DNA from: an uncultured Spirochaetota bacterium
GTDB lineage: Bacteria > Spirochaetota > Spirochaetia > SZUA-6 > Fen-1364
Assembly: GCA_963845535.1 (NCBI GenBank)
Contig: CAWJSK010000002.1
Location: 124,160 to 188,159, forward strand
Length of the DNA: 64,000 nucleotides
Reading direction: 5' to 3'
Shown here piece by piece: positions 30,216-41,696 of this stretch. The notes beneath the pieces are model-generated. The model was given only the letters and a program-made list of their open reading frames with translations, was not told where the DNA came from and searched no databases. Position numbers and translations under genes: made by a program. Numbering within the stretch: the first letter of the stretch is position 1; each line of letters begins with the position of its first letter.

Positions 30216-32363
30216 CTTCACCGTGAGGTTGAATACGCCGTCCCAGTCCGCGGCGGGCGGGGCGGCGCGAAAGGCCGCAATCCGCTTCAGGAACACCGCG
30301 CTTGCGTCATCGTTGAACTTTTCCTTCAGGAAGTAGAAGCACTCCTCCGCGCCAGCCCAGACCTGCCGGCGGTAGAGGGAGAGTCCCTCCTCGAACACGC
30401 GCTTGATCTCGTGGTTCCTGTCAGATGATTTTTCCTTCTCCTGGAGAAGCTCGAAGATCCGCACCGGTGTCCGCTTCCCCTTGACCGTGAGCAGGTCGAT
30501 TTCCCGGCACAGGTAGACGTTCTTCGCCTTCTCATACACGACCTCGGAGAGCAGCGCGCGCGTCCCGTAGCTCTTGTTCACCCCCTCCAGTCGCGCGGCC
30601 TGGTTCACCGTGTCGCCGATGCTCGTGAAGTCCATGCGGTCCCGGGCGCCGACGCTGCCGAAGATCACCGGCCCGCTGTGAATGCCGATCCCGATGGCCA
30701 CCGGGCGCGTGCTGGAAAGGTCAGCCAGCTCCTTCTCCCGGGACATGGCGGCAATGATCTGCGCGCCCGCCCGGCAGGCCGCCACCTCCTTGCCCGACCC
30801 CTTGAAAACGGCCATCACCGCGTCCCCGACGAACTTGTCGATGTCACCGCCGTTGGCGATGATGATCCCCGCCTGCAGGTCCAGATAGCGGTTGAGCATC
30901 CGGACCACGGCCTCGGGGCTCTGTCCTTCGCAGAACGTGGTGAACCCCCGGATGTCGGTGAAAAGGAAGGCGAGGTTCCTCTTCTCCGTCCGCGGCGTGT
31001 CCCGTTCGGAATGCGTCAGCGTGGAGGCCGAAATGTAGGGGATCAGGCCGCGGATGACGCGGGTCATGGCGCCGACCTCCCCGGAAAGCATGGAGATCTC
31101 ATCGTTGGTGCGCACGCGGTCTTTGTATTTCGGGAGCCTCACCTCGCCTCGGCCTCGTCCCTTGACCATCTCCGACACGGCATTGGAGACCTCGCTCACG
31201 CTCATGCACAGGGACAGGATGGGGAAGACGATGCTGCGGCCGAACAGGGAGAAGAGGAACACCGCGGCATAGGCGGAGAGCCCGGCAATGAGGACCACCT
31301 TCACGACCGTGCGGAAATATTGCTCGGCCACGACATCGTGCGCCATTTCCACGCTCACGTACCCGGACGGTCCCCCGGCGACGGACACGGGAGAAAAGAA
31401 CTCATATGCGTCTTCGTCCGCCAGGAGCCGATATCCCGTGGCCGCGGCAGCCGGTGGCCGCAGCGGCGGCTTCCGGCCGACCCGTGACCTGTCCGTGCTT
31501 GCAACCACCTCGAAAAGGCCGGACCGGGCGTCCTTTTCGACGTAGCTGATGGCCAGAAACGGCAGCTCGGAGGCCCGGTTCTTCCTGCCTTCCAGCGTCA
31601 TGTACCCCGCCACTGCCCCGGGGGACGCCGAGGCGGTCTGGACCACGCTGGCCGTGCGCTCCGCCAGCGCCTTTCCGTCCGCGATGGATGAGGCAAGCGC
31701 GGTGCGGCTGAAATCCCGCAGCATCACGAGAGACGGCACGATGATGACGGCAAGCACGAATGGCAGCATGGTCATGGCGAGCCGTCTCTGGATCCCTTGG
31801 CCCATCAGCGACGTGAGCGGCCTGCGAAACGCTGCGCGGCGTTTGCGGCTGTACGCAAGCAATTCCTGAAAGGCGGGGTCCGACTGCTTGACGGAGTCGA
31901 TGAATCGGATGAGAGAGAATGCATTCCAGGCCACGGAAGCGAAGAACACGGCGTACGCCAGCCAGGAAAGGGCGTGGAACCAGGACGGTCCCGACGCGAA
32001 AGCGACCATCTGGATCATGAGGACCGCGACGGCAAGCCCCGAGCACAGCACGTTCAGCACGATGGGTGTCACCCGCGTTGGGTCGGCCAGCGAGGGGGCG
32101 CGATGCTCGAAAAATGCCGCGGCGATCTTGGCCGCGCACAGGAGCGGGATGGGGTACGCCACGCAGGTGGCGAGGAGGAACCGCAGAATCCCGTCATGGT
32201 CCGGGTCGAGGAAGGAAAGAGGGAGGAGGGGCGGCACCATGCCAGAACGCGCATGGGCGAAGAAGGGCGCGAAAAACCACGCCAGCAGAAGGAGAGAGTA
32301 CGCCACTTCGCCGGCGTGAAGGACAGAGTTACGGCGGATGTTGATGAAAGAAAATACGTTCAT
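30213..32363 (-). CDS. Membrane class III adenylate cyclase with HAMP-like linker
   Basis: FTDIRGFT, DKFVGDAVMA, IGIHSG, FTSIGDTVNQAARLEG, VKGK; multiple TM helices. Confidence 0.9.
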   Translation of the reverse strand: MNVFSFINIRRNSVLHAGEVAYSLLLLAWFFAPFFAHARSGMVPPLLPLSFLDPDHDGILRFLLATCVAYPIPLLCAAKIAAAFFEHRAPSLADPTRVTPIVLNVLCSGLAVAVLMIQMVAFASGPSWFHALSWLAYAVFFASVAWNAFSLIRFIDSVKQSDPAFQELLAYSRKRRAAFRRPLTSLMGQGIQRRLAMTMLPFVLAVIIVPSLVMLRDFSRTALASSIADGKALAERTASVVQTASASPGAVAGYMTLEGRKNRASELPFLAISYVEKDARSGLFEVVASTDRSRVGRKPPLRPPAAAATGYRLLADEDAYEFFSPVSVAGGPSGYVSVEMAHDVVAEQYFRTVVKVVLIAGLSAYAAVFLFSLFGRSIVFPILSLCMSVSEVSNAVSEMVKGRGRGEVRLPKYKDRVRTNDEISMLSGEVGAMTRVIRGLIPYISASTLTHSERDTPRTEKRNLAFLFTDIRGFTTFCEGQSPEAVVRMLNRYLDLQAGIIIANGGDIDKFVGDAVMAVFKGSGKEVAACRAGAQIIAAMSREKELADLSSTRPVAIGIGIHSGPVIFGSVGARDRMDFTSIGDTVNQAARLEGVNKSYGTRALLSEVVYEKAKNVYLCREIDLLTVKGKRTPVRIFELLQEKEKSSDRNHEIKRVFEEGLSLYRRQVWAGAEECFYFLKEKFNDDASAVFLKRIAAFRAAPPAADWDGVFNLTVK

Positions 32364-32532
32364 GTCGGAATCCCGAGAATCGGCTCGTAGTATAGATCGG
32401 CAGACAAGGCTCAACAATCGGCCGGATTCTCAAAATTACACATCTGTAACACCAGGGGCGCTCTTTACCGAGCCGCTCTTTCCGATGTAACTTTTCTGGA
32501 AACAGCACGAGCACCAGGGAGAGTCCACGGCA

Positions 32533-34384
32533 ATGGCAACGCATAAGTTCCAGGCGGAAGTCAGCCAGCTTCTGACACTCATCATTCATTCTCTGTACTC
32601 GCACCCCGAGATCTTCCTCCGCGAGCTGGTCTCCAATGCCTCTGACGCATTGGACAAGCTGAAGTATCTCACGCTGACCCAGGAGGAGTACAAGGGCGTG
32701 CCTTTCGTTCCCCGCATCGACATTTCCTTCGACACGAAGGACCGAAAGACCCTCACCGTTTCCGACACGGGGATCGGTATGAACGATGCCGACCTGGAGG
32801 AGAACCTCGGCACGATTGCCAGATCCGGCACGAAGCAGTTCCTTCAGGCCATGGCCGCGGACGCGAAAAAGAGCTCCGGCCTCATTGGCCAGTTCGGGGT
32901 CGGATTCTATTCCTCGTTCATGGTGGCGGACACGGTGGAGGTGGTCTCCCGCAAGATCGGGGACGAAAAAGCGTGGAAATGGACGAGCGACGGCAAGGGG
33001 GAATACGAGATCGCGGAAGCAGAGCGAAGCGGCTGCGGCACCACGGTCACGCTATTCCTCAATGAACAGGGCAGGGAGTACGCGGACCGATGGAGGATGG
33101 AGGACATCATCCGCAAGTATTCCAACCACATCGCCTTCCCCATCCATCTCCATTACGAGGAGGAGGGTCAGCACGGCGGGAAGGTGGACAAGGTTTCCCA
33201 GGTCAACTCCGCCCTTGCCCTGTGGAAGAGGCCGAAGAACGATCTGAAGGATGAGGACTACAAGGAGTTCTACAAGACGCTGACCCATGACACGGAGGAC
33301 CCGCTGCTCTGGATCCACCACTCCGTGGAGGGTGCGCTCGCGTACACTACACTGTTCTACATTCCCCGCAAGGCGCCGTTCGACCTTTTCCACTACGACT
33401 ACCAGCCCGGGGTCAAGCTCTACATCAAGCGGGTGTTCATCACGGAGAATGAGAAAGAGCTTCTTCCCGTCTACATGCGTTTCGTGCGCGGGATCATCGA
33501 TTCGGAGGACCTCCCGCTGAACGTCAGCCGGGAGATATTGCAGAAGAACCGTGTCATGGAGAACATCCGTTCCTCCTCCGTGCGCAAGGTCCTGCAGGAG
33601 CTTGCCCAGCTCGCAAAGGACACGGGGACCTATGACACGTTCTGGACTGAGCTCGGAAGGGTCCTCAAGGAGGGCCTCCTCCAGGACCACGAGCATAGAG
33701 ACCAGCTCCTGGAGCTTGTACGGTACAAGTCCACGACGGTGGAGGGATGGACAAGCCTGTCCCAGTACCGTGACAGGATGAAGAAAGACCAGAAAGCCAT
33801 CTATTATATAACGGGCGGCCGGGAGTCCGCGCTTCGCAACTCTCCGCTCCTGGAGGCGTACAAGGCCAAGGGCTTCGAGGTCCTCATCATGGATGATGAG
33901 ATCGACGAGATCGCAGCTTCCTCCATCGGCACCTTCATGGAAACGGAGCTGAAAGCAGTGAACCGGTCCGCCGCAGCGGAAGACCTCAAGACGGACGGGG
34001 ACGCCGCCAAAGCGGCCGCCATTGATCCCCTCGTCAAGAAGGTGAAGGAGGTGCTGGGAGACGCGGTGAAGGACGTGAGGGCGTCCACCCGGCTTGCGGA
34101 TTCCCCTTCCTGCATCGTGGTGGATGACAAAGACCCCACCATGCAGATGCAGCAGATCCTGAAGCTCATGGGCAACCGCGACTTTCCCGAGGTGAAGCCT
34201 ATCCTGGAGCTCAACCCTTCCCACCCCATCGTGGCCAAGCTGGCCGCCATCACGGATGGGGACCGTGATCGCGGATACGAGCCGCCTCCTTCTCGACCAG
34301 GCGCTTCTCGTGGAGGGCGGGGAGCTCAAAGACCCCGCGGGGTTCGTAAAGAGGTTGAACCGCGCTCTGGAAAAGGCCCTGTAG
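32533..34384 (+). CDS. htpG: Hsp90 chaperone; single frameshift near 34260
   Basis: [46 protein letters not shown]-terminus [26 protein letters not shown] lies in a shifted frame, stop 34382-34384. Confidence 0.95.
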
Positions 34385-34408
34385 CCGGGCCCGGGGAAGC
34401 ATGCGGCC

Positions 34409-36129
34409 ATGACGCTTCACCTGGTTTCCATCCTGCCCCTCGTCATGGCCGCCGTGTGCGCCTCCGTTGCCGCCTTCGAGTTTTTCACCTGGGCGCGGAT
34501 GAAAGGCAGACTGTACAACTTTGCTTTTGCCGTCATCTGCGTGGCAGCGGCCGCCTACGACCTGGCGTGCGCAGGTGGGTACAACATCGTCGTCCCGGCC
34601 GCCAGCGTGATCTGGCTGAAAATCCAGGCCATCACGCTCGAGTTGACGATCCTTGCCTTTTTCTGGTATGTCGCAGGGATCACCCGCATGGTGCCCCGCG
34701 CCGCGCAGGTCGCCGCAGTGGGCGTTTTCGTGCTCTTCGTCATTCTCCAGGCGTTCGCTCCGGGAAACCTTACCTGGGACCTCGTCCAGCCCCGTGATCC
34801 TCCACGTGCGCTTGCCGATCGGCGACGTGACGTATACGGAAGTCGATCAGGGTCCGCTCATGGACGCCCAGTACATCGCGGGGACCGGTCCTGTTCGCCT
34901 ACATCGTCGTGCTCATCATCCGCTACTACCGCGCGGGCAACAGACGGGAGGCGGCATCCCTCCTGGTGATCTGCTCCATCGTCTTCCTGGCCACGATGAG
35001 CGACCTGGCCGTCAGTGAGGGCCTCTATCCTTTCGTCTTCACGGTGGAGTACGCGTGGCTGGCAGTGGTGATCTTTGTAGGTCTCCAGAGGTCCCGACAG
35101 CTCATGGAGGCGGCGGAGGCGCGCCTGGCCCTCGTGGAAAGTGAGAAGCGTTATCGCGGAATTTTCGAATCCCTGCAAGACGTGTATTTCCGCGCGGACT
35201 CCGAAGGGGTGATCAGGCTCATCAGCCCTTCGGTCAGATCATTCGGCTATGATCCGGCGCTTCTTGTCGGACGCCACGTGTCGGCGTTCTCCGCCGACGA
35301 ACGGGCCCGGGAGGGGATTACGGCCGCGCTCGACCAGGAGGGGGCCGTCTCGGACTTCGAGCTTTCCGTGAAAGGAGCGAACGCAGAGACGATCAACGTG
35401 TCGCTCAACGCCCATCGGATGTTCGACGAGCGGGGGAACAGGATCGGGATCGAGGGGATCATCCGTGACATCACGGACCGCAAGCGCGTGGAGGAGAACG
35501 TGCTCGCCTCCCTCCAGGAGAAGAACGTGCTCCTGAAGGAAATACACCACCGGGTGAAGAACAACCTCCAGATCATCTCCAGCCTCCTGTACCTCCAGGA
35601 GGTCCGCATCCACGACCCCGTCGACAAGCTGATCATCCAGGATTGCCGCAACCAGGTCTCCTCCATGGCGTTGATCCACGAGGACCTGTACGGCTCGAAA
35701 GACTTCCGCAGCATCGACTTCGGGGCTTACCTGGACAAGCTGGTGAGCCGGCTTCTCATCGCCTACCGTTTGGCTGGCGTCGTGGCGTTCGTCCCGGCGG
35801 TGCAAGCCATCAGTCTCGGGATCGACAAGGCCATTCCGTGCGGCCTCGTTGCCAACGAGCTGTGCACGAACGCGCTGAAGTACGCGTTCCCCGAGGAGAC
35901 GCGCTCGCGCAGGTGCGAGCTTCGCGTGGAGCTGGGCAGGCTTCCCGCGGACCAGGTCTGCCTTGCAATATCGGACAACGGCGTCGGATTGCCCGCGGAC
36001 TTCGAGCCATCCCGAACCGGAACGCTCGGGATGCAGATCGTGGAGAAGCTGGTGAAACAGGTGAGCGGCACCCTTTCGCTCTCCAAGGAGGCCGGCACCC
36101 GTTGGACAATCGTTTTTCCAATCAACTGA
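34409..36129 (+). CDS. 7TM-PAS HisKA_2-type sensor histidine kinase; frameshifted near 34790-34900
   Basis: Hydrophobic N-terminal region, PAS ending RDITDRK, EIHHRVKNNLQ, NALKYAF, DNGVG, LGMQIV. Confidence 0.85.
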
Positions 36130-36185
36130 AAAAGTCGAAAATCGGTGATACACTACGGGCAAGGCTGGGGAGGCCTGAAATCAAA

Positions 36186-37712
36186 ATGGAACACGCACGA
36201 ATACTCGTTGCTGAAGATGAGGAGCTCGTTGCGCTCGCCATCAAGCGATGCCTGGAGGGCTTCGGGTACGAGGTCCCCTGTGTCGTGGCTTCCGGCGAGG
36301 AGGCCGTGAAGAAGACCGAAGCCCTGGAGGCGGATCTCGTCCTCATGGACATCCACCTGCAGGGTGAAATGAACGGGATAGACGCCGCCAACTTCATCAA
36401 GGACTCTACGCGGGTGCCGGTGGTCTATCTTACCGCGTACTCCGACGCGGATACTCTGGAGAAAGCCAGGCTCACCGAGCCCTACGGGTTCATCCTCAAG
36501 CCGTTCGAGGAACGCGCCCTGGAAGCAACCGTCAAGATGGCGCTCAGCAGGTCCCATGCGCAGAAGGAGCTCGCGGGCACGCACGACACGATGTCCGCGA
36601 TCCTGCACTCCGTGGGGGACGGGATCATCGTGACAGAGGCCAACGGGGTCATCGAATATGCGAACTCCCGGGGCAGGGCGCTTCTTCAGCTTCCCGACCC
36701 CCTGCCTCCTTTCAGCTCGATTTTCAAGCTCTTGAAGCTCACGCAGGCGGGAAGCAGTGAGCCCATCGCCTTGCACATCGACGACGTGGTCCTGAGCGGC
36801 CAGAGCGTAAAACTGACGCGGTGCGGCCTCACGCGGGCTGACGGGAGCGCGTGTCTCGTCGACGTGCACCTCGAGCCCTACCGGGCCTCCGGGGCCAGCG
36901 GGCGGGGGATCGTCTGGGTCTTTCGGGACGCATCGGAGCGGGACAGGATCCAGAACTTCATCACGACTGAGCTGCAGGACGCCGCGCGTCTGCACAGGAG
37001 CCTCCTTCCGCCGGATACGGTGGAAGCGGGCGGCCTGGCCATGTCGGGCTTCCTGCTTGCCGCGGGGTTCGCGGCGGGAGACCTCTACAATTTCTTTTCC
37101 ATTGACGGGAGGCACGCCGGCTTCTACATGATCGACGTGGCAGGGCATGGCCTGGGCGCGGCGTCCCTCGCCCTGCTTCTCAACCGGCTCCTCCTTCCCC
37201 ATCGAAGTCCGAAGCTCGCATTCCTGGGAACGGACGCGCTTTCCCCGAAAGAGGTCGTCACGAGTCTGAACAGGATGTTCTGCGACGGCCATAACCTGAT
37301 GTTCTTCACGATCTGCTACGGCGTCATTGACAGGCAGACGCTTCGGGTGCGGATGGCGCGGGCGGGGCACCCGTACCCGGTGGTGGTGAAACGGGACGGA
37401 TCACGAGCGGAGGTGAAGGCGGGCGGGAATGCCGTTGGGCTTTCCCCTGAGCTCGTCCTCGAGGAATCCGAGGTGACTCTTGCTCCCGGCGACCGCCTCT
37501 TCATCTATTCGGACGGGCTCACCGAATGCTCGAACCCACGCGGGCAGCAGTTCTCCCGCGCAAGGCTCCTGGACCTGCTGGCTCAATCCATCCAAGACAA
37601 GCTTCCTGACGCGGTTGGAAGAGTTCGCAAAGAGCTGACGGTCTGGCGCGGCAGGGAGTCGTTTGACGACGACGTTTCCCTCATCGCCATCGAAGCGGGG
37701 CCGCGCGCGTAG
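36186..37712 (+). CDS. REC-PAS-SpoIIE/PP2C phosphatase
   Basis: AEDE, LVLMDI, LTA, KPF; GDLY, DVAGHG, RAGH, YSDGLTE, DDVS. Confidence 0.9.
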   Translation: MEHARILVAEDEELVALAIKRCLEGFGYEVPCVVASGEEAVKKTEALEADLVLMDIHLQGEMNGIDAANFIKDSTRVPVVYLTAYSDADTLEKARLTEPYGFILKPFEERALEATVKMALSRSHAQKELAGTHDTMSAILHSVGDGIIVTEANGVIEYANSRGRALLQLPDPLPPFSSIFKLLKLTQAGSSEPIALHIDDVVLSGQSVKLTRCGLTRADGSACLVDVHLEPYRASGASGRGIVWVFRDASERDRIQNFITTELQDAARLHRSLLPPDTVEAGGLAMSGFLLAAGFAAGDLYNFFSIDGRHAGFYMIDVAGHGLGAASLALLLNRLLLPHRSPKLAFLGTDALSPKEVVTSLNRMFCDGHNLMFFTICYGVIDRQTLRVRMARAGHPYPVVVKRDGSRAEVKAGGNAVGLSPELVLEESEVTLAPGDRLFIYSDGLTECSNPRGQQFSRARLLDLLAQSIQDKLPDAVGRVRKELTVWRGRESFDDDVSLIAIEAGPRA

Positions 37713-37743
37713 CCAGGCCGAGCGCGTAGCCAGGTCGAGCGCG
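37705..37743 (+). repeat. 17-bp tandem duplication spanning a stop codon
   Basis: gcgcgtagccaggccga / gcgcgtagccaggtcga / gcgcg. Confidence 0.8.
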
Positions 37744-37806
37744 GGGCTCACGTCGGTTGCTTTTGAGGGTTTTTTCCGCTACCGTGATGCCGCGGGAGAT
37801 CCCCTC

Positions 37807-40464
37807 GTGAAAAAGGTATTCTCGATCTTTCTCAAGGCCGTTCTTGTCATTCTGGCAATCATCGTGATGGGAGCCGTCTTCCTGGTGGGACGCTGGCTGG
37901 TCCGCCATGAGGACCCTCTTGCATTCCTGCCGGACCATTACGTGGCGTTCATCCAGGTGCCTTCCCTCCGCGTCCTCTACAATGACTGGCTGAACCTTTC
38001 CGCGGCGGACGTGGTCCTCTCCCGGCCGGAGCTCGTCTCCTACCGCAGCGCGCTTTCGGACGCGCGCGGGCTTGCCCTCGCCAAGTCCCCCATCGTGCAA
38101 AAGCTCCTCGACGTGCACGCCGATATCGTCCTGCTTCCCGACCAGAAGCTCCTTGCCGTTCTGGACCTGGGTTGGCGCGGCATCCTGTCCCCGCTTGCCC
38201 GCGTTGCGGGCCCCATGCTTTCGATCAAGGGTTTCAGCTTCCTGAATGAATCCGGGACGCCCCTGTATCGGTTTTCAAGCGGCAACGCCACCGTTCAGGC
38301 GGCGCTCATCGAAAATGTCGCCGTCATCGCACTGGACGAAGGGGTGCTGAAAGACGCCCTGGCGCGTCGCGCTTCAGGTCAGGGCATCGCCGCGGTTGCG
38401 AGCCGGGACCTCGTGCAGAGGCTGCGCCCCCGCAACGGCAGAGCCGTGCGCGTCCTGGTGGATACGCAGAGCCTCGCCGCGGACCTCATGGGCGCGAACG
38501 CCCTGGGATCACGGGTGCTCGCGGCGCTGCGGCTGCCCGGACAATCCGCGTTGGAGGCGGAGGCGAACGCGGAAAGCCTGCGGCTTTCCTCCGAGATGCC
38601 CGTTGCCGCGTCCCTGCCCGAGCTGGCGAAGGTCATGTCGTATTCGCCCCGGCCCGTCGGTGTCCTTCGTTATGTGCCGTCCTCGGCGTACATGCTGAGC
38701 GTCGTGAACGCGGCCCCGCTGGAAGACCTCTATCACCTCGTTGCCGTTCTTGAAGGCGGCAGCTTCCAGGACCTGTACAAGAAGGCTGATGACGGAGCCC
38801 GGTCCCTTCTCGGCGCGGGCATCCAGGAGCTGGTCTTCTCCTGGATCGGTTCCGAGATCGGCGCATTCCAGCTCTCCGGCTCCGGCGAGCCGGTCTACTT
38901 CGCGCGCATAGACGACTCGAAGGCGTTTGCCTCCGCCGTGGGAAAGCTCACCAGCTCCGCGGTGGCCGGCAAGGACAGCTCTCTGGTCCTTGACGGAGTG
39001 CGGGTGGACAAGCTTTCCATTCCCTGGTACGTGAGCATGATCCTCGGTGCTTTCGGAGTGAGCGTTCCCGAGCCGTACTTTCTCACGCGCGGAGACTATG
39101 TCTTTGTTTCCCTGGATCCCGGCAACCTCGCTTCCGTGGTAAAGACGGCGGATACGGGGGACAACATCGCCCGTGCCGGATCTTTCCCGCGCCTGACGGA
39201 AAGGGTCCCCGCGGACGCCTCCCTCATGGTCTGGTATGACAGCTCCCGCGCCCAGCCTTTCTTTCTTTCCGGCTCGGGCATCCTCCCCGACGTGCTGCGG
39301 CTGTACGGCAGCGGCGTCGTTGTTGCGCGCGTTTCCGCAAGCCGTCTCAGCGTGACGCTTCTGGCGGCAACGGGAGACCGCGGGATGGCGCAGCCGCTCG
39401 CTGGCTTTCCCCTCACCGTGGAGGGAGGCGTGAACGGAGACCTCCTTGCGTTTCGTTTTTCCGACTCGGGGCCGGCTCTTCTGGCGTGGGTCCGTGACAG
39501 GTCCACTCTCGTGCTCGCGGATTCAAGCGGCGCCCGAGTGGCGGACGCCAGGCTGGATGCCGACAGCGTAATCGTGCCCGAGCAGCTGCGGCCCGGAGTG
39601 CTCTCAGCCGTCTGGGCGGTATCCGCCGGAGGGACCGTCTGGCGCTTCGGCCCGAAGCTCGAAGAGAGAGCCCCGTTCCCTGTTGCCACCGCAATTGCAA
39701 GCCCAATGCCGCCGGTGCTCCTTGGCGGGAAGCTCGGCCTTTACTCCCGCGCGGACTCCGCCCTTGTTGTGATTGGCCCGGATGGATCCCGAGCCGTCTG
39801 CGGCGCAGCCCTTGATTCTCCTCTCCTCACGGCCCCGGATTCCCTGGGGGATCGCATGACTTTCTACCCGAGGAGCTTCGACGCCAAAGTCCACCTTCGC
39901 GATCTTTCGGGTGCCGAGGCTCCCGGCTGGCCGGTAAGCGCCGCGGGGATTTCCTTCTGCGCGCCGCGTTTTGTTCCCACGGGCGGGAGCTTCCGCGTCG
40001 TTTTCCTCACGCAAGCAGGCGTGTTGTACGCCTGGGATCCCGGGGGCAGCGCCGCCGCGGGTTTCCCCATGACGCTGCCCGGCGTGTACTACGCCACGCC
40101 CGAGCCGCTTGCGGTGGACGGCCAGTCCGCGCTGGTCGCGCTGGCCCAGGACGGCACGCTCAGCATTATCGGGATGAACGGCGCCGTCCTACGCCAGACC
40201 GTGGTTCCCGACCTGGATGGGAAGAACGCCCGCATCCTTGCCGCTGATCTTTACCAGGACGGCAGGCAGGAAATCCTTCTGTACGGTTCAGGGGCTTTCA
40301 TTGCCGGCTATGATTCCTCCCTGCGTCCGCTGCCGGGCTTCCCCCTGAAAGGAGTGTCGCGTCCGCAGCTTCTGGAGCTCAACCATGACGGCCGGCTGGA
40401 TCTTGTTTCCGCGGGCCTGGATGGGAAGATATACGCGTACGCGCTGGGGAAAGGACGGAAATGA
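37807..40464 (+). CDS. Membrane-anchored protein, DUF3352-like region plus C-terminal FG-GAP-like propeller
   Basis: GTG start, one TM helix, repeated AGFP/PGWP/PGFP, DLYQDGRQEI and ELNHDGRLDLV loops. Confidence 0.65.
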   Translation: MKKVFSIFLKAVLVILAIIVMGAVFLVGRWLVRHEDPLAFLPDHYVAFIQVPSLRVLYNDWLNLSAADVVLSRPELVSYRSALSDARGLALAKSPIVQKLLDVHADIVLLPDQKLLAVLDLGWRGILSPLARVAGPMLSIKGFSFLNESGTPLYRFSSGNATVQAALIENVAVIALDEGVLKDALARRASGQGIAAVASRDLVQRLRPRNGRAVRVLVDTQSLAADLMGANALGSRVLAALRLPGQSALEAEANAESLRLSSEMPVAASLPELAKVMSYSPRPVGVLRYVPSSAYMLSVVNAAPLEDLYHLVAVLEGGSFQDLYKKADDGARSLLGAGIQELVFSWIGSEIGAFQLSGSGEPVYFARIDDSKAFASAVGKLTSSAVAGKDSSLVLDGVRVDKLSIPWYVSMILGAFGVSVPEPYFLTRGDYVFVSLDPGNLASVVKTADTGDNIARAGSFPRLTERVPADASLMVWYDSSRAQPFFLSGSGILPDVLRLYGSGVVVARVSASRLSVTLLAATGDRGMAQPLAGFPLTVEGGVNGDLLAFRFSDSGPALLAWVRDRSTLVLADSSGARVADARLDADSVIVPEQLRPGVLSAVWAVSAGGTVWRFGPKLEERAPFPVATAIASPMPPVLLGGKLGLYSRADSALVVIGPDGSRAVCGAALDSPLLTAPDSLGDRMTFYPRSFDAKVHLRDLSGAEAPGWPVSAAGISFCAPRFVPTGGSFRVVFLTQAGVLYAWDPGGSAAAGFPMTLPGVYYATPEPLAVDGQSALVALAQDGTLSIIGMNGAVLRQTVVPDLDGKNARILAADLYQDGRQEILLYGSGAFIAGYDSSLRPLPGFPLKGVSRPQLLELNHDGRLDLVSAGLDGKIYAYALGKGRK

Positions 40465-41576
40465 AGCGCCAGTGTGCCGTTCAGGCCCGGGTCAGGCTGG
40501 CCGTGGTGCCCGTTGCCTTCGCGCTTCTCGCCCTCTGTTTCCTGGCGTCCTGCCAGACCGGACCGTCTGACCGCATCACATCGAGTCCGCAGGAGCAGGA
40601 CCTCGCACGGCTTGATACGCTCGAGCTTCGCCTCCTGGACCTTCGACTTTCGCCTGACCCGACCGCGCTGTCCGCGTTGCGCTCGGAGCTGGAAAAGACC
40701 GCGGCGCGAATGTCCACGAGCCGCCTCCTTTCCGCGCGCGTGGCCGGGCTTCAGGCCCAGGCGGCGCTTCAGGCGGAAGATCAGGCCGCCGCCCGACATT
40801 TTGCGGACGCTGCCGCGGCGTTTTCGAGCGCTGAGGACGGGGCGTGGCTGGTGAAAGCGGCGCTGGAGCCGGATCCTGGAAAGCGTCTTGCCGTTCTGGA
40901 CCAGGGGTTGGCCAGGGCGGACCGAAAGCCCCGCCTCCTGTGCGAGCGGGGAGAGGAGCTCCTCAGGCAGGGGAGATACGCGGAAGCCGCGCAGGACCTC
41001 GACGAAGGCTTGCGCGCGCTGGATGACCGCTATCGGGCGCTGTATGGGCAGGACCGGGAGGAAGCGCTGACGCTTGCCCGGGCCGTCAAGGGCTCGAGTC
41101 CCGCGGCGCCGCCGCTCAGCGCTGATGCTCTCCAGGCGCCTCTTACCGCGCGCGCCATGGTGGAAAGAGCGTTCTCCGGCACGCGGCTTCTTGACGCTCT
41201 TTCGAGCAAGCCGAATCCTTCTTTCGAGGACGTCCGTCCGGCAGTCCAGTCCGCGGGCCTCCTCCTGCAGTCCAGCGCATCCGCGGATGTGTCTCCTGAC
41301 GCCCCTGTCACGCGCAAGGAGGTGGCGTTCTTCCTGTGGGGCGTGGTCCTGCGCGCTGAGCATAACCCGAAGCTTGCCGGCAGCTACCGTCAGAAGTACG
41401 CTACGAGCCCGGTCCCCGATGTCTCTGCGGACGCTCCCTGGTTCGAGGCGACCCTCGGAGTGGTGGAGCGTGAGATCATGGACCTGCCGGACGGGATTCA
41501 TTTTCAGCCCGATGGGTTGGTGACAGGGGTAGAGTATCTGCAGATGCTCAATCGGATGCAGAGGCTGTTCCCGTAA
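40461..41576 (+). CDS. Lipoprotein with TPR-like helices and C-terminal SLH domain
   Basis: LASC lipobox; GRYAEAAQDL; PDV...APWF....V...IM....F.PD..VT..E. Confidence 0.75.
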   Translation: MKRQCAVQARVRLAVVPVAFALLALCFLASCQTGPSDRITSSPQEQDLARLDTLELRLLDLRLSPDPTALSALRSELEKTAARMSTSRLLSARVAGLQAQAALQAEDQAAARHFADAAAAFSSAEDGAWLVKAALEPDPGKRLAVLDQGLARADRKPRLLCERGEELLRQGRYAEAAQDLDEGLRALDDRYRALYGQDREEALTLARAVKGSSPAAPPLSADALQAPLTARAMVERAFSGTRLLDALSSKPNPSFEDVRPAVQSAGLLLQSSASADVSPDAPVTRKEVAFFLWGVVLRAEHNPKLAGSYRQKYATSPVPDVSADAPWFEATLGVVEREIMDLPDGIHFQPDGLVTGVEYLQMLNRMQRLFP

Positions 41577-41696
41577 TCCTCCAGCCCGAGCGGTGCTCCT
41601 TGGAGTAGCCCGCCATCAGGCCGGCAACGACCATCTGGAGCTGCCACTGCGCCACCTGTGATCCCCGCAGGCTTGCCAGCGTGGATGGGTGGTCTG

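Noticed and set aside
32533..34797. 754-aa HtpG with a novel C-terminal extension
   Set aside because: Frameshift artefact; the canonical C-terminus is present in another frame and ends at 34384.
41577..41695. GC-rich intergenic stretch with small hairpins as an ncRNA (SRP, 6S or riboswitch)
   Set aside because: No recognisable conserved motif; a covariance-model search would be needed.
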